Shown here piece after piece: positions 27,190-37,700 of a stretch of DNA of 64,000 nt (position 1 is its first letter; each line of letters begins with the position of its first letter). The notes under the pieces were generated by a model. The model was given only the letters and a program-made list of their open reading frames with translations. It was not told where the DNA came from and ran no database searches. Where the stretch lies: sequence record PV662128.1, one strand, 5' to 3'. The position numbers and the translations under genes were made by a program.

Positions 27190-28308
27190 ATGGATTTAAA
27201 TCCTAGTAGTATTTTTGACAACATCGATTTTAATTCTCCCGTATCCGACATCAAAAAAGAAGCGGATACTAAACTCGCCGATTTAAAAGGTAGCGTCCTT
27301 AACCCAATCAGTTCTAGTACCGCAAGGATTAAAGACGGCATCGCCCTATTAAACAACATGGACACTAAGTTTAACCAAGCGGTGACAGGATTTAAATCTG
27401 ACGTCATGGGTGTCGCTAACAGTATTATCGGCACCCTTCAAGATGGATACTTCACCATTAATGAATTAGTAAGTATGGTCATAGGTGCTTACACCAGCCT
27501 GACTAATCTTGCTAACATTGGCGACGATCTCAAATCTATACTGGGGACTAACGTCAGCAATATCGACGGGTTCTTAGATCGGTTCAGCAACATCTTCGTC
27601 AGTAGCATTAACTCGAAGGTAAGGGCGAGTGGATATAAATCTAACACAGTTAGTAGTGGTGGAGAATTTCTCACTATCACTCAGAGTAATAACAATCCAT
27701 CTTCCCAGGCTATCATCGCAGCGTTGGGTAAACTGTCCGTAGGTGATCTTCAGGATTCTTACGATAGTTCAGTTTCCACCGCGGTGTACAGCACTCTCTT
27801 ATCACAAGCCGTTTCCAGTGGTTTGACTTCCTCCTACGCCGATCTTTATAACAAGATCACTGATAAAACCGAAGCCGATAAAGCAGTCGTCTCAGCAATA
27901 GGTAACGCCCTTGCTAACGGCGATCTAACTTCAATCGTAAATCTCTTAGCGTTGATCACTAACAGCGGGACGAAACTCACTATTGGTTCTACCTACCCTA
28001 ACGCAGCTGAAACACTGTTAAGCAAATACAAACCTCTGGATTCTCAAGATGTTTCGGATTACCCGGCTATCTCCGAACAGCTGAAAACCATCTTGGTTCT
28101 CTTTGGGGGAGTGAATTGGTGGAAAGTTTACACCTCTTTAGGCTGGGTTCCTAATTTACTTATTGCTTCTAAGCTCTCAAGTAGTGTCAGAGATATTTGG
28201 ATGGAAGATGCCGAGCTCTTTGCATTAGTGGCTTGCAAAGGTTTCTTTAAAGAGATGACCGCGCGTAAAGCTTTCTTAACCAACTTTCCACAAACCCCGA
28301 TAAGTTAA
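27190..28308 (+). CDS. probable virion structural (tail/baseplate) protein
   Basis: 372 aa, Ser/Asn/Ala-rich, AGGA upstream; function inferred from context only. Confidence 0.5.
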   Translation: MDLNPSSIFDNIDFNSPVSDIKKEADTKLADLKGSVLNPISSSTARIKDGIALLNNMDTKFNQAVTGFKSDVMGVANSIIGTLQDGYFTINELVSMVIGAYTSLTNLANIGDDLKSILGTNVSNIDGFLDRFSNIFVSSINSKVRASGYKSNTVSSGGEFLTITQSNNNPSSQAIIAALGKLSVGDLQDSYDSSVSTAVYSTLLSQAVSSGLTSSYADLYNKITDKTEADKAVVSAIGNALANGDLTSIVNLLALITNSGTKLTIGSTYPNAAETLLSKYKPLDSQDVSDYPAISEQLKTILVLFGGVNWWKVYTSLGWVPNLLIASKLSSSVRDIWMEDAELFALVACKGFFKEMTARKAFLTNFPQTPIS

Positions 28309-28343
28309 ATAACTACCGTCTCCCAAAGGGAGACGGTAGTTAT
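28309..28343. terminator. bidirectional terminator hairpin
   Basis: ATAACTACCGTCTCCC-AAA-GGGAGACGGTAGTTAT, 16-bp stem between convergent genes. Confidence 0.85.
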
Positions 28344-28357
28344 AATTAGGTTATTTT

Positions 28358-29422
28358 TTATCTTGGAAATTGTTCTGGTTCAATTTTTTTGATGAAGTAG
28401 TTTTTATACATTCCGTTGTTTTTATAAGACCGGTTCATGTTAGCCGAATTAGTTCCGAAATTGGCCAGTTCAATTGTTCCAGTCAGTCGAGTGACACACT
28501 TCGTGCGTTTGTGTGTTAACTCCCAGGTTACCCTATCCGATCTATTTGACTTCCTACCAGTTCTATCATAAGCGTAGTTTCTGATCGCGTTTATCAAATC
28601 CTGATCGGGCTCTTTATAATACTTAGTGTATTCTTCCTTGCTCACTTCCTCCCACTTACATCCTTTGTGAGTTTTAATTTTACCAATCCTTATGGCGTGA
28701 AGGTGGCGATTATCTAAACCGAATTTCTCACACTGATCTTTACCGCAAACATATATCACCCTTTTCTTAAATCCTGGGATATCAATCACGGTACCTCTCA
28801 TAGGGATAACGAAAGGATGTGACAAATGCTTGTGGGAAACAAGGAGATTATTCTCTTTAGCATGTTGCTTGTTTTGGGCGGGGGTAACCCACTCTAATGA
28901 TTCAGTATCGTTACAATGCTTTCCTTTTAAGTGGTTTACTTCAAGTTCGGAATAATCGTAAAGATTAAGTTCTTCTGGTTTTGGTATCCAAGACGAACCC
29001 ACCATCCTGTGAATCATCATTGTGTATCCATTCATCATATACACTTTATAACCGTAATGATTAAGCGTACCCTTGACTAATTTGTATGTTCTTAGATTAA
29101 AGACCCTACCTTTGTTGCTAACCCAAATATAGGAAAATGCTCTTGGGTTTTTCTTATTGATATTAAAGTTTTTCGGGCTATAAGGGAAATAACTTGCCGG
29201 CACCCAGTACTCTGATTCTGGGTCCTCTCGTAATAATTTCGTTAACTTGGTATAATAAGCTTTTTTACGTTCTTCATCCGATAAGAGATTCAATAAGGCA
29301 TTGGCTCTTTTGCCCATTGCGTCAATAATGGATTTATATTCTTTAACAAATAATGGGAGGTTTTTCCTAGCGATTTCGTCCCATTCTTCTTCGGTTCTTA
29401 TTCTCGGAGGTCTGATTTTCAT
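28358..29422 (-). CDS. free-standing NUMOD4/HNH homing endonuclease
   Basis: YIWVSNKGRVFN (NUMOD4-like), MMIHRMVGSSWI, LEVNHLKGKHCNDTESLEWVTPAQNKQHA; ATG 29422 after GGAG. Confidence 0.88.
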   Translation of the reverse strand: MKIRPPRIRTEEEWDEIARKNLPLFVKEYKSIIDAMGKRANALLNLLSDEERKKAYYTKLTKLLREDPESEYWVPASYFPYSPKNFNINKKNPRAFSYIWVSNKGRVFNLRTYKLVKGTLNHYGYKVYMMNGYTMMIHRMVGSSWIPKPEELNLYDYSELEVNHLKGKHCNDTESLEWVTPAQNKQHAKENNLLVSHKHLSHPFVIPMRGTVIDIPGFKKRVIYVCGKDQCEKFGLDNRHLHAIRIGKIKTHKGCKWEEVSKEEYTKYYKEPDQDLINAIRNYAYDRTGRKSNRSDRVTWELTHKRTKCVTRLTGTIELANFGTNSANMNRSYKNNGMYKNYFIKKIEPEQFPR

Positions 29423-29509
29423 GGTTACACTACTCCAAATTACATTATCTCTCATATAATAAGGAGTAGTGGTATTTCATTAAAAGGATAAAGCCTTTAA
29501 TTTCAAGGG

Positions 29510-31690
29510 CTACCTAGGAAATTGCTGATTAAAAAGACGTCCAACATCATTTAGGATCGAGTCGTTCACAATACCCGCGATGTTACCTGCAGAAACGGAC
29601 TGACTTATCGAGTTCTTAGCCGAGGTTAATCTCCTTGAGAGTTTGTTCCATCTTAAAACGGTATCAAGGTAATCCGACCCGGATAATCTCGTAACGTAGT
29701 CCGTGTATTTCCCGGTATCGACCAACATCCTGTTAACCGCTTCAGCAGGGTTCGTCATATCGAGTAAAGAGACTGCCCTGGAAATGGGAAGCGAGACGTG
29801 CTTTTCTAAATCGACAAAGGAAATGTCGACGGTGCAATTCAACGGTTTACGGTCTTTCTTCCAACCGCCAACACCTTGACCAAAGGAGATCGTTGCGGAA
29901 TCGACCATACATGTTCTCATAATGGCCCGACTCTTAGAAAAGATCTTACACAGGAAGGGGGAGGTGTGAGCTGAAGGACCGGCGCTTAACGGCAGAATGA
30001 TCGGCATCAATAATGATAACGGCACCCAGATATTCATCAGTTGTGAATAAGGGTGAGCGTAAGTTGCCTCAAAATAGAAACGATACGTTTCTTTATGTAA
30101 GCTTGCTGACGATTCCGCCCAGTGATCCGGAATGTTGATATAAGAGTTGTTCATTAACGCCATGGGAATGTTAGCGATCCCTATAGAGTTAATCCCGCCC
30201 ATAGCAACTTCTTTCAGTCCACTAATAACGCCGTCAACAACACCTACGCCTGTCATTCCTCCGGCTAAATCAAAACGAAGATCATTAGCTGCCTTCGACA
30301 TACTGTTGAATTTATCCGCTACAGCGGACTGAGTGGCAGAGTTAGAGAAGTTATCCGTTACCTCACCTAAATGTTCCACTCGCCAGGTGATGGCATCTAG
30401 ACCACCGTACCAAGACGTTTTAACGAGATCGGCAACTTGTCCGGCCCACGAAGAGTCAGTGACATTATCCGTAGCAGCAGTTAATCTTGCGGTAACGGAA
30501 TCCAAACTTTCCGAAGCAGAAGAAAAGACACCTTGGCCGGATGCAGCCGTGGTCGTCGTCCCGCTTCCGTCGGTATTCATTGACGAGGCGTCTGAGGGTG
30601 CGGTAGTCGCCGTTCCTGTTCCGGTTGTATCCGTAGTGATTGCTTGCGGGAGGATGCTCGTGTAAGCATCTTGGTCGGTAAAGGCCGAAGCTTTCTCAGG
30701 ATAGTACCCTTCTTCTTTGGCACGATATTTACCCGTGGTATTCAATTCCTTTTGCATCAGCTCATTGACACCATACTGCTTCCCGGAGAGGGTTTCAGTA
30801 TTGAACTGGATGTTTTTGGCGATATCCGCCATGGCGTCGTATTTTTCTTGGGCTGAGTTAATGGTTCGTTCGTTGAGCTTCTCGATTTCGGATAAGAACT
30901 TACGATACTTTCTTGTCCCTAGCGAGACCAGTCGAATAACGTCAATTGTTCCATCGTCATTGATGCAGTCGGGGAATAAAGCGTTTAACCGCGCTATTTC
31001 ATTATAGTAATTCCCGGCGTCTTCTGGGTCAACACCGTTGATTGGCGCTCCTGGCGGTTTCTTAATAGCAAGAACGGGTTTGATGAACCCTTGAGCGGTC
31101 GCAACGTCGTTTAAGAAGTTATTAGCTGCAGTCAGGTACATCCCCATGCTAGGCTTCACGTAATAGTACTGATTACGCGGGGTATCCATGAGGAAGTCTA
31201 AGAACGTCATCCCGATACTGATCAGCTGGATGGGCCAGAATGCCAAAGTCCCTAACCCCTGACCGAAATAAAACGCCAGGCTGGGGCTACGACCTTTATT
31301 AGCCTGAATAGCCGCTACTGGGTCGAACATGCGTTCTAAGAAAGTCAGTATCCCTGTGAATTCTGGAACACCAACAGTGATGGTAAGAAGAGACGCATTA
31401 TCGTCATAGATCTTCTTATACTGTGTTCCCATCCCGCCGTATGAGGAAGACAAAAATTGGGAATAACGGGGGTCTGTTGCCGGCCCAAATTGAGGGACTG
31501 GGTTGATGTACCGGTTATCCCCAATCGCACTACTGAAAAAGTTGTAATAAAGGTCTTTGTTAAGGTGATCTCGGATAGTGACGTTATCTATCCCAGTGCA
31601 CATTAATTTGAAAGACTTAGCGATGAGATTTCTATCTCGTAAAGATATGCTGTTAGCCACGCCGTGTCTCCTGATTGGTGGGGCTTTCAC
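29510..31690 (-). CDS. virion tail/baseplate protein (phiKZ gp182-like position)
   Basis: 726 aa directly downstream of the giant tail lysozyme protein; internal Thr/Ser/Gly linker; assignment by synteny. Confidence 0.6.
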   Translation of the reverse strand: MKAPPIRRHGVANSISLRDRNLIAKSFKLMCTGIDNVTIRDHLNKDLYYNFFSSAIGDNRYINPVPQFGPATDPRYSQFLSSSYGGMGTQYKKIYDDNASLLTITVGVPEFTGILTFLERMFDPVAAIQANKGRSPSLAFYFGQGLGTLAFWPIQLISIGMTFLDFLMDTPRNQYYYVKPSMGMYLTAANNFLNDVATAQGFIKPVLAIKKPPGAPINGVDPEDAGNYYNEIARLNALFPDCINDDGTIDVIRLVSLGTRKYRKFLSEIEKLNERTINSAQEKYDAMADIAKNIQFNTETLSGKQYGVNELMQKELNTTGKYRAKEEGYYPEKASAFTDQDAYTSILPQAITTDTTGTGTATTAPSDASSMNTDGSGTTTTAASGQGVFSSASESLDSVTARLTAATDNVTDSSWAGQVADLVKTSWYGGLDAITWRVEHLGEVTDNFSNSATQSAVADKFNSMSKAANDLRFDLAGGMTGVGVVDGVISGLKEVAMGGINSIGIANIPMALMNNSYINIPDHWAESSASLHKETYRFYFEATYAHPYSQLMNIWVPLSLLMPIILPLSAGPSAHTSPFLCKIFSKSRAIMRTCMVDSATISFGQGVGGWKKDRKPLNCTVDISFVDLEKHVSLPISRAVSLLDMTNPAEAVNRMLVDTGKYTDYVTRLSGSDYLDTVLRWNKLSRRLTSAKNSISQSVSAGNIAGIVNDSILNDVGRLFNQQFPR

Positions 31691-31702
31691 CCCACCGTAT
31701 GG

Positions 31703-34700
31703 TTATTTGCTCGTATACCCCATCCTAGGATCTGGAGCTTTCTGGTTCTGGATTTCTTTAAGCAATTGAGCGAGTAAATCGTTAGTTCTTCCTTGGGCTT
31801 GGACTTGAGCTATTGTACCCGGATCGGGTTGTTGAACCGGCTTAGCCAACGGGGTTGGTGGAGCAGAAGTACTTTGCTCAGTAGGAACCTTAACACGATT
31901 AAGTGGATTAGCCGGGTCTGATTTGTACGCGACTGTTCCCTCGCTCACCGGGGTAGAAGGTACCGCACCAATAGGCTTAGGTCCTTGGTTAACCGATGGA
32001 GAAGTAACCGCTGAAACTGCTGCGACGCTGTTAGCTGTTCCTACGTTTTCCGATTTCATCGTAGGCGGTTTGGCATCAGGACTGACAGAGGAAACCGAAC
32101 TCGGAACACTTTCCCCAGAAGAGGAAGGTTCTGTCCCGGCATTAGGATCTACTGTCAACTCATTGGAAGTCAAACGTTTCATATACTGCTGATAAAGTCT
32201 TGTCCTCGCTGGCATATCAGGTAAGCCATTGGGGTTAAGTCCTTGCGCCGCATATTCAAACGAGTTGTTCTTCACAATGGACTGAAGCCGTTTACCAGTC
32301 CCGCCGTTGGAGAGATACCAGATCAAGGTTTTCGCCATGACTTCTGGATCAGTGGAAACCAACTCTGGATTCTTAACGAGGTCTTTCCCCGCATACTGAG
32401 AGGCAGCTCTGAAGTTATCCTTACCCGTAAGCTGAATGAACCCACGGCCTCTGTAGAGCCATCCATCGTTAGGACCACTGTTACCCATCCTACCACCATA
32501 AACCGCGTTAGCGATGGCCTGAGGCCCTCCAGCTACGATCTGCTGGGCTTGACCCATAGACTTCACTCTACCTGGGAAAATTTCCAACAACCGACCTGGC
32601 TTGTAGTTCATGTTTTCCGCGGTATTTTTAAATCCTCCGCTTTCAAAGTTAGCCAAAGCCAACATTTCGGCAATAAGACGAGGATCTGTGAAACCGGCCT
32701 TAATCATCTCCTTCATGATTAATTGCTCTGCGGCTTTCTGGGGGACACTGACGCCTTTGTCTCCGCCTCCCGATCCACCTACCGGAGCGACACCAGAAAG
32801 ATCAACTGTTGACGTATCGGTATTACCCGTAATAGGTTTATAGTTGATAACTGGCTGGCCGCCCGCGATGACGTTATCGCTCGTTGCCGCAGTCGCAACA
32901 GCCTGATTTAATCCACCCTCACCCATTGAGTGAGCCGAAGTATACGGAACGACTTCTTTGGGTCCAGAAGCTTTAACTTCTTTGTCCCCATAATTCAATT
33001 TCGCATATTTCGCAGCGGTATCAAGGTTGTTAATGATTGCTTTGACTTGAGGTGTAATCGAGCCAGAAGTTGTATTAGGGAACGGAGACCATTTAACCTC
33101 CCAAACGGAAGTCGGGGTTTTACCGATATTCACTTTGAGCCCTAAAAGCTCTTTTGCGAAATCAAAAGCGTTAGTGGCTGTCATAGACTTCCAACCCGCG
33201 CTAGGTTTCACCCCCCTCATGATCCTCACGTATTTCACCCATGCCATACAGACTGGGAGGAAACGATCCCTGAACCATGTACACCATTGGTTAGCTTGGT
33301 CGTCGGTTATTCTGAATGAGTTCTTAAAGAGGTTATATACCGCACCTGTGGTAGAAGTAAATCTTGCATCGTTACCGATTACGCTGATGTAATCCTCACA
33401 ATACCGTTCTAACTTCAACACAGCTTCAACACGCCATGGGATGTGTTCCGTGTCACCGTAGGCCGCTAATCTCAATGCGGTTATCCCGGCCAGAGGCTTA
33501 TCGCCCCCTGGTAAAAGATCGGTGATGTTGATTTCCATGACCGATTTTGTTACCGGATAACGTTTATTGATCTCTTCAATATCAGAACGATCCTCGTACG
33601 TCCCACCCACTCTCATTTTAAGACTAGACCACCAACCTGCCTTCTCAGATTTTTCAACCTGTTCAGCGGAGGTCTTCATGGTCACGACGCCTTCTTTCTC
33701 TATCCCCTCAGCCGTTCTTCCGTGTCTTTCGTTAAAGCTTTTCAGTTCGTCCAAATACAACCTAACCTGATTAATGGTTTGGTCTTTACCCATTATAGGC
33801 GTGGCTTCATCGAACTGAGCGGCTATCTGATAAGGATAAGGATTGATGGTACCTATTCTGTCATTGATGGTGGAGACAGTAGAGTACAATTTAGCGTCGG
33901 TCGATTTATCGAACGTCTCAAAATCCCTATACCCAGCGGTATCGATCGCAGAAGCATAAGTCAGGAAAATAGGTTTGAAACGAAGATTAAACCACGTAAA
34001 GTAAGCCTGCTGTTGACCCTTGTCATTGGCTTGAGGTATGAAGCTTTGGAATATCTGTTCGAGAGGAGCTGATTTGGCTATTGAAGCCACCCCAGCGGTT
34101 ACGACGACATATTCACGTAAAGCTTCTTCGGCAGATCTCACCTTAGCGGCTAAATCTGACTCGACGTCCTTGATACCATATTGAGCCATACGAAGTTTGA
34201 ACTGCGACCCTTTCCCTTTGGCGTAATACTTATAGACCAAATACCCGGCACCTGCAACCGCCCCAATCCCCAACGTTACTGGATTAAATAACAGAGGAGC
34301 GACGGCGGTAGCCAAAGCACCTGTGCCAGATACAATAGCTGACCCGGCAGCACTCGCACCAGAAGCAATGGCCGATCCGATACCGAGGTTAATCCCCATA
34401 GCTGACATGGCGCTAGAACCTAAAGATACCGCCGAAGCTGCAGTAAGCGTGTTGCTCGCTACATCCTTCCAGTTAGTGCCTTCGTGCTCTTCATTGGTAG
34501 AGTCGAGGTACATTCCTAATCCAGCGGTAGCCAAACCCGCTAAGCCGAATTTAAATGCTCTTCCTCTACCTACCCTACCGCCTCTGGTTCTTCTTCCTCT
34601 ACGTCCCCCTGAAGCTCCTCCTGCGGCATCAACGATATCATCAACACCATCGGACGCCCTACGGCCTAACAGACCAACAGTGAGGATCTTAGCTAACGAC

Positions 34701-37700
34701 GTTAATCCACCTACAATAGCTGGCAAAGTAGTAATGCCGAGGGTTAAGAATTTGGAGAGTTTAACACCAAGTCCGGCGACCCCACCCAAAATAGTTCCCA
34801 TGGGGTTCTTAACGAAACCCAAGAGACCATTAAGGAATCCGCCACCTTTCTTCTCTTCATCGGGAGAACCGGAACCTCTCTCTCCTTCTCCACGGCCGGC
34901 AAGATCGATGATGGCGTCTTGATAACGAGATTCACGTTCGGCTTTCGCTTTACGTTCCTTATCTTCTAAGGAGTTTAAACGAACGTCGTCTGTGTTTCCC
35001 ATTCGACTTGTTTCGTTAACAATATCCGCCTTGATATCCGGCATGTCGTTAATGTCATAACCAAACTTACGGCAAAGCAGAGCGTAAATACGATCGACCG
35101 AATTGGTAATAGGCGTATAGTCCGCGGTTACAAGATCATTGATCTTATCCCCAGCTCGCTTACCATAGCCTTTAGCTCGATCACCCAGTTTCCTACCCAG
35201 GTCAAGAAGTTTACCACCCATTACTCCCGTCATACGTTTGAGGGATTCTATTTTCATTCCCCCGGATGTAATGAGCCCATCCTCGTATTCGGCTTGGGTA
35301 ATAATAACGTCGCCGTTCTCATCATACACCGGTCCGTCGATATCTCTCCAACCCTTTACAGGAACGACGCTACCGTTCAAACGTTTGAAGTATTTACCGT
35401 TCTCAAAACCCTTCCTTGTCAGAACAGGGGAATCCTCTCCAACTCGATAAACATCCATTTGGGTTATTCGATTGGTAATACCCTGACCTATGCCTTTCAA
35501 TCGGTTAAGAGGATCTAACCAGTTAAAAAGTTTTAATCCGGCCGATTTCACCGCGTTTAAGCCACGAAGCACGACCGCTTTGCCTTCGGCACTGAACAGT
35601 TTGCCCGAAAGACGTTTAGCGGAGATCACGACCTTGGTTCCGAGATCAACGATCGATCCTTTGATCTCTTTCCAACTGGTGATAATTTTCTTTAACACTT
35701 TGTCGTAATACTGACGGGCTCTGAGTTTACGCGCTTCGAGTATCGGATCTTCACTCTCCCCATCGTAAATGTCTTCATCGTCACTGACGTCTCTGGCGTC
35801 CGCCATACTACGAACTTTGGTATATAACGCCCAGGCTGCAGCGCCGCCACCGATCAACGCTGCCGTTTTGGGATCGTGGATCGCCAATCCCGCTAACCCA
35901 CCTAACATCCCACCCAGCATCAGTGGTTCGTGAGCCAGCAGTTTATCCATGCCCGCACTGAAAATATCTTTAATCCCACCAAGACTTTTAATGCGGTCGA
36001 GGATGGTTTTCTTCTGTGCGGTATCAGCGGCATCTTCAGCATCAGTTTTGGGCTTATTCACCTCGGCTGGCTGACGAGAAAGGATTTGTTTTAGGACTTC
36101 CAATTGCTCCTGATTAATATCCCTTATTCCCATTACAGAATCCGTTAAAGATTTAACTTGCTCTGGGCTTAATCCATTTCCGTCTTGTCTACCAGGAATC
36201 CCGAGTTTAAGCTGCTCGGTGAGTTCCGATAGGGCGGTAACCAGTTTGCCGGAATCCTTCCCGGACAACCCGCGACGGTTATTGATAATGGTTTTCGAAT
36301 TACCCCCACCCATTCCACCACGAGTAGGGAGAGGACCTACGTCATCCTCTTCGATAAGCCCTTCGTTACCATTAAGCTCTGATTTTAATCGATCCCATAT
36401 CGCATCGGTGTTAAAGAAATCTGACCCGTTTTCACTATTAATCAAATTCATTTCTCTTAATAGTGGATCGTAACCAGCGTTTCGTAACAAATCGATTTGC
36501 TGAGAAATATTAGGGAGGTAACCTTTGAGGTTTTTGGCTCGCAGGCTAAGATCGGCCGCCAAACGTTTACTTTTAGCAGTGGGCATAATCAGCTGAGCTT
36601 TAATGCCAGTCACCCCGGATTGTTTAGCCGCTTCAATATGCTGATCAGTTAGTCTGAATGATCCCCGCATCACCTGTTCAATTTCTTTACGAACAGAGGG
36701 GGTTAATCCTTCTTCGTCTTCCATCCCGAAATAGTTGAACGGGTTAAACCCTTTATCTTGGTCGACGTCCCTCGCCAAACGATAGGATAAGAAACGTTTA
36801 GCTTCTGGTGACAACGTTCCATTTTTGTCAATAGCGGAAACCATGTCGGACGTACCTGAGGCCAGTCCACTAAATTCTCTGCCGTTCAACAGATTACGCT
36901 TAACGGCGTTTTGGGTTTGTTTATGGCTTAAGAACTTCCCACTGTGGTAATCGAAACGTTCTTCTTTCAGGTTATCGTTACCCGTACGAATTTTTTCCAG
37001 ACTTAGATGAAGCTTAGCGAACCACCCAGGAATGATCTCATTTAACGTACGATCGGATTGACCGCTCCAGTAGCTGGGCTGAGTCAAATCCATCAAGTTA
37101 CGTTTCTTGAGTTCGTACTGTTTACCACGGGAATCGTTGATATTAAAAGAAAGATCGTTTAATCTATTTCCCAGGAAATTTTTACCTGTTTGTTTTAAAC
37201 GCCACGCACTTTCACTTAATGGTTTTTCACCGGGAGCAAGTGAGTCAAGGTAATCGTCGTAGGTAGAAAAGTCTTCTTCGTAGTTAGCGTTATTGCGGAG
37301 AATCGTTCCTGCTAAACCAGCCGCGTTAGTTCCGGCGTATGACAGAACGCTACCCAGCTGTTCCAACTTGCGGTATTGCCGACGGATATTCTTGGCTTCT
37401 TTTGGATAGAGGGTCTCGAGTTTGTTAATAAGCTTAGCACCCTGCCCGGATTTAAAGAAAGCTGGGCCGTTCTCGATGACCTCGTTAGCTAGCATCTGCC
37501 CGATAATGGTTCCCATATTGAGACCCATTCCCTCGGACATCTCCATCCCCATTCTACCAGCGCCAACCATTCCGCTTAAACCAGAAAGCATCCCTTCTCT
37601 GGCTTCTTTACCGAAAGTCTCGGACAGATAACCCATCACCCCGCCGGACCTATGTCCAATTGTGGAGAAGATGGAATCGCGTAATCTGCCTTTAGCCGCC

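Noticed and set aside
28358-29455. Intron-encoded status for this HNH and for the one at 7729
   Set aside because: No R/S core elements or space for a ribozyme; flanking genes are complete.
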